A program made the position numbers and the translations under genes. A stretch of DNA of 64,000 nt from Octopus sinensis. Lineage: Eukaryota. Position 1 is the stretch's first letter; every line of letters starts with the position of its first letter. A model generated the notes under the pieces. That model worked only from the letters and a program-made list of their open reading frames with translations, was not told the origin of the DNA and made no database searches. Location of the stretch: assembly GCF_006345805.1 (NCBI RefSeq), contig NW_021833885.1, positions 2,775 to 66,774 of the forward strand. Direction: 5' to 3'. Below, piece after piece: positions 39,534 through 52,682 of this stretch.

Positions 39534-39923
39534 GATACACTGACAAATATAGATAAATAGAGATAAGGAACGAAGTACTGGACAGGCGATTCTGTGGCTT
39601 GCATCTCGATGCATGATAGCCAGCACAGGCACATGTGAGCAATGCAATAACCCCGTATGATTATTGACCAGAGTCAAGTAGCTCTTCACAAGAAAGGAAT
39701 TCACTTGTATAGTTGGAAAGAACTCACAGGAACAACATCACCGATTCCAGTCGGATGTTTTCCCCACAGCTCATAAATCATGCAGGATTATTGCATTGCT
39801 CACATGTAGCTGGGTTGGCTTTGATGCATGGAAATGCAAGCCACAGAATCGCCTTCGCAGTAGTTCGTTGCATATCTCTGTTTATCTATTTTTGTCTGTT
39901 AGTGTATCTAGAGATGGACAGGC

Positions 39924-39999
<76 letters not shown>

Positions 40000-40049
40000 T
40001 GATTGATGGATGGATAGATAGATAGATAGATACATAGATAGATAGATAA

Positions 40050-40119
<70 letters not shown>

Positions 40120-40190
40120 TGATTGATTGATTGATGGATGGATAGCTAGATAAATAGATAGATAGAGAGATGATAAATAAATAGATAATA
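39415..40190. repeat. Foldback with ~130-bp unique arms extended by (TCTA)n/(TAGA)n
   Basis: 39530-39663 is the diverged reverse complement of 39776-39912. Confidence 0.85.
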
Positions 40191-40629
40191 TAGATACGTT
40201 TATGATTTGTATTGAAGAAATATATACGAAAGAGTAAAATGAGACACACGCATGAGTATAAATATACACACTATGTATGTGCATGTATGTGTGCGCATGT
40301 TTGTGTGTGTGCGCGCGTGCGCGTGTATAATGAGACAGGATCGCGCGCACGCGAGAGTGAGAAAGAAAGAAAGAAATCAGTAGATGCAGCAAGAACAAAA
40401 AGTGAAATAGGTAAAAGGGTAGGGGTGATTTGAAAAGGGCAACCATGAATGTGGGTGAATGGTTAGGGGGAAGTGAAAAGAAAAAAAAATAATAACATAA
40501 GGGGGAGACTTGAATGGGGAAAAGCAAAGGGTAAGGGACGGCGGCTGTTGAAGAGAAGAAGAACGCGTGGATAATGGCAGCTATGGAATGAAATAGAATC
40601 AATTGCGAAGAGTTATGGGGCTGGTGAAC

Positions 40630-40661
40630 AATAATAATAATAACAATAATAATAATATTAA

Positions 40662-40707
<46 letters not shown>

Positions 40708-40739
40708 TAATGATGATGATGATGATGATAATAATGATG

Positions 40740-40773
<34 letters not shown>

Positions 40774-40850
40774 TGATGATAATAATAATAATAATGATGA
40801 TGATAATAATAATAATAATGATGATGATGATAATAATAATAATAATAATA

Positions 40851-40895
<45 letters not shown>
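40630..40895. repeat. (AAT)/(GAT) microsatellite
   Basis: Direct reading. Confidence 0.95.
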
Positions 40896-40896
<1 letters not shown>

Positions 40897-42091
40897 GAAA
40901 CCAAGGTATATGGAATTGAACCGACAGTAAGGGGAGTGGAAATAATTGGTTGGAAAAGAGTGCCAGTGCGATTGGAGTATGGGGTGTATTTATTTGATTA
41001 ATGCGTCGCTGCTTTTTCTCTTCTCAGTGAATTGAACCCGCTAATCAAAGCGGTGGCTCTTTCTCTGCAAGCAACAGTGAAACTACGAAGCCACAAAGCC
41101 ATAAACCAATAAAGATGACGTAAGATGACATCAGAACACTGAGTCAAGATTCTTTGTATTTTGACTTTATTTTGCTGTTTTTTTTAATATTTTCTGTATT
41201 TTTGTTTTTAATAATTTGTTTTTTATTTTTCGTTTATTTATTTATTTTATTTTATTTTTTTTTTTTTTGGACGAGTAAACTACTCTCCTTCCTCTCCATT
41301 TCTCAGTCCTCTTTTCTCTTTTACCACTTATGGAGCCGTGACGAAAAAATGGAAGAGCAACGGCGCAATGGGTGCTGTGAGAATTCTGACACTAGGAACA
41401 CACTGAAAATAAATTATAACAATAATTAACAAAATCGGGGGAAAAAATAAATCAATTAATGAAAAAAGAAAAAGAAAGAAAAAGAGAGTGGAGAAGGAGA
41501 GAGAAATCACTTGTTGTGTCATGGCATCGTGGTACAAGGGAATTTTAAGGATTGCTTGACTAACAGGTTGGATTTGAAACAGATAATGGCAATACTGGAA
41601 ATTGAACATTTAAACATACTTAAATACTCGCCTACAAAAACATACAATTACACACACAAAAACACACATAAATGCACATGCATACACACACACACACATA
41701 TGTATTTATGTCTCCCTCTCTCTCTGTCTAACTATCTATATTATATTCCCTAACTATTATTAGTATTACTATTATTATTAATAACAACAACAACAACAAT
41801 AATAATAATAATAATAATAATAATATAATAATAACAATAATAATAATAATAATAATATATATATATATATAAATGTAATAAGTGACAATTATTTGGTAGC
41901 CATGATAAAACTCCGAGTTTCAGATGCGAAGGTGGAAATCCACGCCGCCATCTCTTCATTTATCCGGCCATCGGAAAAATGCTATGAGAAAATTCCTCTA
42001 TTTACATAATATCGAGATCGCTTTCTTTCTTTCTTTTGTTGTCTTTGGCCAATGGTTTATCAATAATATATATATATATATATACTAATAT

Positions 42092-43466
42092 AATATTACA
42101 TTAATATAACAGGCTTAGTAAAATAAATTACTTTGCCACATACTGACTCATTAGAAATAGCAGCCAAAAAAGTTTTTTAGCTATTTCTAATACTTAAAGA
42201 AAATTTCTCTCAGATAGTGTTTACCTCAGAATAACCCACGAAGGTATGGGGGTAAAAAAACATTAAAAAATCACAGTGCAAAGATTATTTGAGAACGTTA
42301 CGTTTCTAGATCAGCCAATAAAATTCGACATTTCTTTCGTCAGCCCAAAATTTCTTAATTTGGGTTTGGAAACACTGAAAGTAGAAACATACCCTTTTGG
42401 CGACTTAACACCTCAGACGACCCGCTCAAACTGACAGTGCCAACAAATTCAAAATATGCAGCGAAGAATTCCTTTGAGCGGGTCGTCTGAGGTGTTAAGT
42501 CGCCAAAAGGGTATGTTCCTACTTTCAGTGTTTCCAAATCCAAATTAAGAAATTTTAGGCTGACGAAAGAAATGTCGAATTTTATTTGGCTGATCTAGAA
42601 ACGTAACGTTCTCAAATAATCTTTGCACTTGTGATTTTTTAATGTTTTTTACCCCCATACCTTCGTGGGTTATTCTGAGTAAACACTATCTGAGAGAAAT
42701 TTTCTTTAAGTATTAGAAATAGCTAAAAAACTTTTTTGGCTGCAATTTCTAATGAGTTCAGTAGTGGCAAAGTAATTTATTTTACTAAGCCCTTTTATAT
42801 TAATGTAATATTTTGAATTCGCGCCTTAAATGGTCCTTTTACATACTGAATACTTGGTGAAATTGATTAATAACTAATTAATTTTACCCTCAATTGTTGA
42901 AATTATAATTCATTTCTCTCTGTTTATTGCCTCGGTTTTCACCGCTAAAATATGGTGTTTGCTAGTTTAGGCCCACGTGGGTGGAAAGGGAGAACAGGAA
43001 TTCTTCGCTTGCATATTTTGAATTTGTTGGCACTGTCAGTTTGAGCGGGTCGTCTGAGGTGTTAAGTCGCCAAAAGGTATGTTCCTACTTTCAGTGTTTC
43101 CAATCCAAATTAAGAAATTTTGGGCTGACGAAAGAAATGTCGAATTTTAATTTTGGCTGATCTAGAAACGTAACGTTCTCAAATAATCTTTGCACTTGTG
43201 ATTTTTTATGTTTTTACCCCCATACCTTCGTGGGTTATTCTGAGTAAACACTATCTGAGAGAAATTTTCTTTAAGTATTAGAAATAGCTAAAAAACTTTT
43301 TTGGCTGCTATTTCTAATGAGTTCAGTATGTGGCAAAGTAATTTATTTTATTTTACTAAGCCCTTTTATATTAATGTAATATTTTGAATTCGCTTAAATG
43401 GTCCTTTTACATACTGAATACTTGGTGAAATTGATTATAACTAATTAATTTTACCCTCAAATTGTT
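42092..43466. repeat. Inverted plus direct triplication of a ~340-bp block
   Basis: 42092-42472 is the reverse complement of 42997-43385; 42473-42898 is a direct copy of 43040-43466. Confidence 0.9.
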
Positions 43467-43469
43467 AAT

Positions 43470-43546
<77 letters not shown>

Positions 43547-43573
43547 TAATTTTAACTTCATATAACCGGTTAT

Positions 43574-43832
43574 TGAAAATACCATTATTTGAAAGGACCA
43601 ATGAAACAAAGCCAATTTCAAATGTGTATCTATCAACATATTGTATATTTATACATATAACCTTATTTTTTTGGGTTTTTTGTTCCATTCTCAACCTATC
43701 CGACGAACGAGAACGTGAAATTCTGAGTAACAGTTTTTGTGATGTCCTCGCTACATAAATATGCAAATACTTTGATAGATACACATTTGAAAATGGCTGT
43801 TTCATTGGTCCTTTCGACTAACGGTCTTTTCA
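43574..43832. repeat. MITE-like inverted repeat (~80-bp arms)
   Basis: GAAAGGACCAATGAAACA..TTTCAAATGTGTATCTATCAA at 43591 has its reverse complement at 43755-43815. Confidence 0.7.
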
Positions 43833-44826
43833 GACATAGTGATTGCTCCATCCTTACAGAAGATTGCTTCCTCGCTGTCAATGCCATTTCTGGCTTTCCG
43901 TCCATGGCCTTTCAAATGGCTATTCAGCTACGCTGTTTTGTAACTACGCGTTTCCAACTGGATAGGTATGCATAGGTCACCACTCTTCCATTGCCATAGA
44001 ATTTCCATTTGATGGACTGCCAAATGACAAATGATAAATGAGGTCACCATAATTAGACATCTGTATGTCATTAGATTATCGTGATAAATGCTTGTAAAAT
44101 ATGAATACCATTCTCTGACTATCTGTGGTTAGTACCTAGTGACAAGCCAAATAGAGATGACCAGGAATCACGTGAAATCGCAGGTTTTACAAAAGCGTGT
44201 CCTCAAAGGATGCCGTGACAACAGCTAAGGTGTCCTTGACATGCATACACAAATATATGAGCAATATGTATGTTAAATAAATATAGCTCCATACATCTAA
44301 CTATATTTTTGACTCAGGTTTTACTTGGCTGCCAAAAATATTTTAACAATGAGGAAAATACACATGGAATTTGGCTTTTGTTTGTGATGGGGTGGTGTGA
44401 GCGGAAAAGTCAGAGATTTTCTTGAACATCACGTAGTCAATTTTTGGAGTAGATGGTAATTATAAAGTCATAAATATTTCGTTAAGTTGATGAAGTGTTG
44501 TATTAAATAAAGAGATAAAACTAAGTTGTGCCAAGAACCTGACTGCTAAAATGTATAGAGCGCATGGAAGTTAGTCGTTAAAACAGCATTTAGTTTGTGA
44601 GTGGAGATAAAATTTGAACGAGCAAGTAAATCAGTTAATTCTTTAATTCTTTAAATTGCTTCCACTTTAAAGCTTCGGTCATGCTGGGTCAACACTGTTA
44701 GTTTATTAAAAAAAAGACAGAAAACTGTAAGTGTAATAAACCATGAAACCATGAATTTGTAGAAAAAAAGAAGGTATATTTTTTTTTAACTGAAGAGTAA
44801 TGGAATGACAATTTGTATGTGTATGT

Positions 44827-44917
<91 letters not shown>

Positions 44918-46629
44918 GTAAAAAAATACAAACTGGGACAAGAACGTGAAACATTTAGAAAACGATACAAAAATTCGGATAGAAACGATCATGGTGTAAT
45001 ACCTTGAATGAAAGATATCAAACTCGAAATTTGCATCAGGTCTTAATATATATTAGTAATTATGTATGTCTGCATGTCTATCTGTATGTATATATATGAA
45101 TGTATGTCATTGTTCAGTTTTATTTCAAGATTTCTTTCCAATAGAGAAAGAGCCGGTTTCTAACATAAGCCTAAAGCTCCTTCATTGGAATTTCAACATC
45201 AACAACAGGGTATTTTGTGTATGAATGTATATATGTATGTATGTATGTGTGCAGATTTGTATGTTTTGTTTTGTGTATGTATTACATCTGAAGTCTTCGA
45301 ATTAGCTTTCTCCTTTCTGGTTTTGAGAAGCCTAATGTATGTATGTATGCATGGTATATATATTATATATAGATATATATATATATTATATATATATATA
45401 TAATCAAAATGAGGCTGAAAAATTTGATATTATTTGATAACATCATTTTAACACCAATTGTCTAGCATTAAAAAAAAAACTGAGATTCAGTAAATAGTAT
45501 TTCATACATAAATATAAGAAGCCCTTATGCTAGAAGAAGATCCGCTATGATCTCAACCACTAAGAATTTTTCTCCAGAAAATTTAGCACACCAGAAACGT
45601 AAGCGAGCAAGACAAATGAAAAATAACAAAAATATAGATTAATCACAAACAATAGTTTTATTATCAATAAATTACGTAATTTTACTTACACAATTTATCT
45701 GTAGATCGTCAGTGTGATCCTCTCTGCAAGATGTAATTTGTAGAACTCCACACCAGATATCAACACGAGGTCGAAAATGCATGTAGTTCTATCTATTATA
45801 TTTGCAGTTATTTTCAAACGTCTTCGTTTAGGTACGCTAAATTACCGGAAATAAATACTGCATAAATAATAGAGAGAGATTGGTTAACAAAAATATTAAT
45901 ATATTTTCATATTGAATAAGACAAGGAAGATATTTATACAAAGTCAACTATAATAATTACACATTCGAACAGTAGGAAAAAAAAAGGATTTTATGTTAGC
46001 GATGACAGTTAAAACAATATTATCTTAATCGATTTGCGAACCATACAAAATACAAAGTGCTTGTATGTATGTATGTATGTATGTATGTATGTATGTATGT
46101 ATGTATGTATGTATGTATGTATGTATTTATGTATGTATGCATGTACATATGCACTGTATTGTATGTATATATGTAATGCATCTTTTACATGTGTGTATAT
46201 TTGTTGTTATCGTTGTATGTGGGAGACACCATCTCTGTTATGTCAGACAGTCTGATAATTAAGCTACAAATGAACAGACTGTTATATCCAACAGACAAAT
46301 CTCTTGCACAAATGTTTTGCAGTTGTTTAAATATTATATTAGGAGATGGCGCAGAAGCATTTTACCAATGAATGCTACTGGAGTCATGTTTGCCATCAAA
46401 TATGCATAAAACGATGAGCCATTTGGTGAGTTTGAGCATAATTACGTGACCTGCTAGAAATAATAGTCAAGCGTCTTCTCGAATTACACTCTACTATCTT
46501 TAAAACGAAGGGACGCATAGAATAATCGACACCCGTAGTAGGACTCGGATGGTCATGGTTGGAACGCTTGATTTCAACCACAGATCTGCTCGGTCGGGTC
46601 CGACTAAAGGTTTAAAGTATAGCAGCTTC

Positions 46630-46862
46630 ATGCCTCCTCCTCCTCCTCCTCCACCTCCACCTCTACATCATCATTGCCATCATCATCATCGTCGTCGTCG
46701 TCATCATCATTATCATCGTCATCACCACCAGCACCACCAGTACCACAAGCACCACCAGAACAACTAGCGCTACCACCAGCATCACTAGCACTACCACCAC
46801 TAGCACCACTACCATCATCACAACAGCCACCATCACCACCACCATCATCATCATCATCACAG
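46630..46862. repeat. Compound trinucleotide microsatellite (CCT/CAT/CGT/CAC)
   Basis: Direct reading. Confidence 0.9.
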
Positions 46863-47384
46863 ATGGTAGAGAGAGAGAGAGAGAGAGAGGTAGACTTTTA
46901 CATTTCGCACATTGGTGCTAATTACTTGCGCGTTTAATCTGCGCCTGGATCGACATTTGTTATTCTTTGGTCTAGGAACATCAGTGAAGAACCGTGTTTT
47001 ATTAATGGATTATCAGAAGATTAAAGAGCGGCTTTTCAGCGGTTTCTCCTGTCCACAGGCAAAAATTGAAGTCAAAATTGCAAAACGTGTATGCGGTATC
47101 TTGATTTGTATTCCACACTTTAACACACAGCACGCTCACACGCACGCGCACACACACACACACACACACAGACACACACGCACATGCATACACACATATG
47201 CACACACACACACACTCGTACAAAATCTTGCATCCCTCTTACATTTCTGTCTACATGTCTGTGCATCTGAACATGTTCTGTTCGTACGTATATACGAGTA
47301 CAGTGCATATGTGCCTATGTGTATGTATGTATGTGTGTATACATACATACATACATACATACATTCATACATACACACACACAC

Positions 47385-47419
<35 letters not shown>

Positions 47420-47528
47420 GTGTATATATATACACACATACGTACGTATATATATATATGTATGCTTGTATGGCGGTGCTCCAGCATGACCACACCCTTA
47501 GGGCTGAAACGTATAAAAAAAAAGAAAT

Positions 47529-47559
<31 letters not shown>

Positions 47560-47614
47560 TATATTATATATATATACTATATATATATATATAATATATA
47601 TATATATATCGTGA

Positions 47615-47745
47615 CGCATATTTGCCATTTGAATATGGCTAACCCATAAGGGTGGATGCTACTGTAGTTTGTAGCCCCAGGAAGATATCTCCTCCAGCTG
47701 GCTATAGACACACTATCTGTGTCCTCTCAGTATTTGTGAAGGGGA
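47615..47745. repeat. Unclassified dispersed repeat, copy 1 (copy 2 at 50353-50478)
   Basis: Shared GATGCTACTGTAGTTT..GCCCCAGGAAGA.ATCTCCTCCAGCTGGCTA. Confidence 0.7.
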
Positions 47746-48239
47746 GTCATCCTCCCAGTCTTCAACTCATGATACACACGTACCGAGTTTCAAGGTGTTT
47801 ACCTTTCATCAGCGTGTGACAATCGCTCTGAGATTTATCATTGTTATATATATATATACATATATACTTTATATATACATATATTTTTAGTATGTTGGTA
47901 CACAGAAACATAGGTTTCGTATTATTGTCTTTGGAGTCACCTGTAATCATGACTGAACCTAAAGGATGCATTTGACTACTCATGAATTAAATAATATCGA
48001 TTGCATTTCATCAAGCATGCGATGGTCCAACTTTAAAGTTAATCTCCGTGAAGTTTGGTATATAGAGGTTGTTATAAATTCGGTTTTGTTCTAGATTGGA
48101 GTGGAAAGCTGGTGTTGTGGAGCTTCTCTGAAAGTGAATAATTTTCCATGTAATATTGGTAGTCTTTATTTCCAAATGTGCTGAGGTAGTGATGTAAGTG
48201 TTTTCCAAGTGGTGGACGCAAAATTAGTTGTTGTGTCGG

Positions 48240-48941
48240 TATAGACAAGTTTTGAATATGTTCTCTTTGAATATGTTCTATATGAATAAATTGTATCATG
48301 ACAGTCTCTTTGCAGTGATCAACAGCAGACAGCACCATGCTGGTGTTCCACCAACCTTTATACCTAGTCCCCATATTCTCGATGTCTTGGTGGAATATTT
48401 TTCCTTGCTCATCACTTTTGCCTGAGAATTTTCAAGGAAGTAGTCCAGATGACGGTGCAGGAAATGCACATTTCCTTTGATATTGTAGCCGAGTGCTCGA
48501 AAGTCTGGTTAACAGGGTCTGCACAAGATCTTCATAATTTGATGGCTTCCTGTTTCTCGTGAAATCAGATAAAACTGCAACAAAAGCATTCTATGCTTCT
48601 TTTTCAATGCCAGACATGGTTTCCGAAAATAGCTCGCCCTGCGATAGTCACCTAATATGTTGCCCATCAAGCACACCAACCTTTTTTTTTCTTACAAGAC
48701 AAAACTGGAAAGTTTCTGCTTATGCATTTGAAGCAGTCACTGTCTCAGTGTTTCAACACATGTTTGCACCCTATATGGGATGCCCAAGCTTTGTCTTCTC
48801 ACCCAGTTTCATGCTAAAGTAAATAAAGAAGTAAGGTAAAATTTCTTCATAAAATCTGTGAATTTACTTCACTGCCTTATCCAGAAATAAGCAGAAGACA
48901 TCGGGACTGTTTTTACATTCTCTTCTCCCACAACTGACCAT
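48240..48941 (-). pseudogene. Internally deleted Chapaev3-like transposase relic
   Basis: MVSCGRRECKNSPDVFC N-terminus joined to GVLDGQHIR..EKEA*NAF..NYEDLVQ..VHFLHRHLDYFLEN..SDEQGKIFHQDIENMGTRYKGWWNTSM C-terminus. Confidence 0.8.
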
Positions 48942-49504
48942 ATTTCTGAAATACAAATCATGTTGAAGCCAGTTGTCAGCTGGGAAAGCATTTTCAGAAT
49001 AGTCAACAGTTATAAAGTAAGCAAATGCAGATTTGTGATGGCAAAGTTCCATAAAGAGCATACATACCATGAAGTTCTTTTTGCAGTTCTTTGACCATGC
49101 GCAACGAAAGGTAACCTTGACCCATGTGACCTCACAATCAAAACATTAAGGGCACATTCAAAATAACAATTTTCATAAGAGACAGTTAAAAGTTCAACAA
49201 AACATGTCTCATCTAGTTTGCAATGTTAGTCACACTAAATTAAGCAAAGCGTGAGCATATTTGCAGATAAATTCCGCAAACATGAGGCGTATGGTATCAA
49301 GCGCCCCCAAAATATGTTGTTTCTTAACATCTAATCGTATAAAGGGAATTTCTGTCATCATCATCACATTTGAAACCGGTTAGGTTGAAAGACTGAAGGT
49401 TGCTCAAGTTTGATACTTTTTATTTACTAAAGATATTTAAATCATAACTTTTGTTTTCATTTTTGTAGTTGTACTTTAAATGACACTGAAAAACTGTTTT
49501 CAAA

Positions 49505-49618
49505 GTTACACTATAGTCCGAGGCTATAGTGTAAAGTACTTGTCCAAGGTGCCACGCTGTGGAACTGAATACGGAATCTTGTGGTTTGGAAGCAAGCTTC
49601 TTACCACCAAGCCGCGCC
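49505..49618 (-). mobile_element. SINE family A head fragment, diverged
   Basis: CTTGTCCAAGGTGCCACGC...CTTACCAC. Confidence 0.65.
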
Positions 49619-50113
49619 TTTGCTTACATTTTTGAGAAAAAAAAACATTGTTTTTTAACTTTTTCTATATTTACTTTCGTACTTTTCACACCCAAAGATA
49701 ACCGGTCTTGTGTCTAGCTCCAAGAAGCTATTATTTGCACGGACAAAATAGGCCATACACATGAAATATGATGTAGCACCAAGGAAAGAAAACACGTTTC
49801 TTTCTCGTGCTGCGATAGCACATTAAAAATATATTTACAAACAATCTTTTCAAAATAGTACATCTTACGCTTCAGTTAACACATACGCACAATATTTTCC
49901 GTTAAGTGAAATGAACTAATGAAATGAGCTCACGCTTTACACACTTACACTCGAGAAAACTAAATACACAGTGGTTCATTCATTATAATGTTTTTAAGGA
50001 AGTATACAAAGCAGTATATATGTGTGTATTTTTGTATATGAGAGGATATACATAAATACAGACATACATACACACACATGCATATATGTATGTATGCATG
50101 TATATGTATGTAT

Positions 50114-50178
<65 letters not shown>

Positions 50179-50527
50179 CATATATAGATATTGAAAATAA
50201 GCGCTTTCAAATGCATAGAAAAACAATGTACATTCACTAAATAAAAGAAGCATATATATGCTGACTCTAATATTTATAATAATTAATTGACCGTGATTTC
50301 GACCTATTAAGGTCAGTGTCCACAAATTGCATATATGTATATATATCTTGAAGTATATTTGCCACCTAAATGCGGCTGACCCATATGGGACGATGCTACT
50401 GTAGTTTATTGCCCCAGGAAGACATCTCCTCCAGCTGGCTAACGACACACTGTCTGCGCCCGATCAGTATTTGCGAATAGATGTATGTATGTATATATAT
50501 ATATACACACACGCACACACACATACA

Positions 50528-50569
<42 letters not shown>

Positions 50570-50679
50570 TCAAATAAGTTATCATTATCTTTAAAAAAAT
50601 AATGATAAAGCGGCCAGTTAACATTATCCAAATAGACAAAATATATTAAAACAGGTGCATATTATATATATATATATAT

Positions 50680-51035
50680 CACGTGATCACGTGACCGACC
50701 AGTTGCTACACATCGCTGGTCACAATGCGTTCGCATTGTTTTAGCCTTCGAACGACGCCGCCCCGCTGGCTAAGCGAGCAGGCCAACAGAAGAAAGAGTG
50801 GGAGAAAGAGTGGTGAAAGAGTACAGCAGGGATCACCCCCCCCTACTTTTAGGTGTTTTCGCTCAATAAACACAGAAAAAAAAACACACATCATGTTGAA
50901 TCTCCCTGGGAATTACGTTATGCGTTCACGTATCTGTGGAGTGCTCAGCCACTTGCACGTTAATTTCATAAGCAGACTGGTCTGTTGATCAGATCAACTA
51001 AAATACACGTGCGTCGTCGTAACCGACGGTGTGCC
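50680..51035. mobile_element. Rearranged family C SINE pieces (minus 50680-50875, plus tail 50895-51035)
   Basis: Matches 56078-56300 and 26380-26480 respectively. Confidence 0.7.
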
Positions 51036-51124
51036 AGGATATATATATATTCTACCGCACCCTATAGGTACATATGGCATTTAGGGTTCTGTATTATATC
51101 AGTTCTGTGAATTTCATGAGCGTT

Positions 51125-51291
51125 GGAGTGGCTGTGTGGTAAGTAGCTTGCTTACGAACCACATGGTTCCGAGTTCAGTCCCACTGCGTGGCACCTTGGG
51201 TAAGTGTCTTCTACTATAGCCTCGGGCCGACCAAAGCCTGGTGAGTGGATTTGGTAGACGAAAACTGAAAGAAGCCCGTCGTATATATGTG

Positions 51292-51365
<74 letters not shown>

Positions 51366-51576
51366 TGTGTGTCTGTGTTTGTCCCCCAGCACCAACATCG
51401 CTTGACAACCGATGCTGGTGTGTTTACATCCTGTAACTTACCGGTTCGGCAAAAAAAAAAGACCGATAAAATAAGTACTAGGCTTACAAAGAATAAGTCC
51501 TGGGGTCGATTTGATCGACTAAAGGCTATGCTCCAGCATGGCCACAGTCACATGACTGAAACAAGTAAAAGTGAGA
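51125..51576 (+). mobile_element. SINE family A, full length
   Basis: Head, internal microsatellite, tail. Confidence 0.9.
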
Positions 51577-51799
51577 AAAGAGAGAAAGAAAAAGAGTTTC
51601 TTTATTATGTTAACCTTACAATTGAAGAGTTTCATATTTTTTAACTGAAAACCCCAGATGGTCCGATTACAAGCTGCAGTACATATTGTCCATCGCTGTA
51701 GTAAATGTGTCAATCTACACCGCAGGAATAATACTGAATTTATCGATGTTAAATGGATGAACGGAATAACTGCCCTCAGCGGTATATGAAACTCAAAAG

Positions 51800-52219
51800 G
51801 CGGCGAGCTAGCAGAAACGTTAGCACGCCGGGCGAAATGCTTACCAGTATTTTGTCTGCTGCTACGTTCTGAGTTCAAATTCCGCCGAGGTCGACTTTGC
51901 CTTTCATCCTTTCGGGGTCGATTAAATAAGTACCAGTTACGCACTGGGGTCGATGTAATCGACTTAATACCTATGTCTGTCCTTGTTTGTCCCCTCTGTG
52001 TTTAGCCCCTTGTGGGTAATAAAGAAATAGAAATAGGTATTTCGTCTGCCGCTACGTTCTGAGTTCAAATTCCGCCGAGGTCGACTTTGCCTTTCATCCT
52101 TTCGGGGTCGATTAAATAAGTACCAGTTACGCACTGGGGTCGATATAATTGACTTAATCACTTTGCCTGTCCTTGTTTGTCCTCTCTGTGTTTAGCCCCT
52201 TGTGGGTAGTAAAGAAATA
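51800..52219 (+). mobile_element. Family B SINE dimer within a single TSD
   Basis: TSD GGTA(T/G)ATGAAACTCAAAAG at 51781-51799 and 52220-52238. Confidence 0.9.
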
Positions 52220-52603
52220 GGTAGATGAAACTCAAAAGCGCAGAGAAACAGAGAAAATACAACTCATTCTATTCGACATTCTAACACCTCAGCCAATCCG
52301 CCTCACACACTCACACGTTTATACATGCATGCATATAGACATAGAGACTGTCAAACAAACAATCAACAGACAGACGGTGACACACATACGCACATAAAAA
52401 TTTTATATTCTATTGTAAGTATTGTTTTGGGATTCTTCGTTTGCTTAAGATTTTACAGCGAATGATATAATCGTATATAGTTATAATTATATACATATAA
52501 TGTGTGTCTGTGTTATTTGTGTTCCATTGTATTGAGTCTCTTCGTCTGCTTAGACTTTTATAGCATTCAGAATAATTATATATACTTATAATTACATACA
52601 TAC

Positions 52604-52682
<79 letters not shown>

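Noticed and set aside
45130-45200. Hammerhead-like CCAAUGA...GAAAC on the minus strand
   Set aside because: Core has two changes, stem II is weak and there is no NUH triplet.
46549-46937. Poly-Pro/His/Ser ORFs resembling transcription-factor low-complexity regions (also 19523-19768)
   Set aside because: Compound trinucleotide repeats with no flanking domain or splice support.
48011-48374. Penelope GIY-YIG-like reading of the ORFs
   Set aside because: Other frames match Chapaev3 C-terminal motifs much better.
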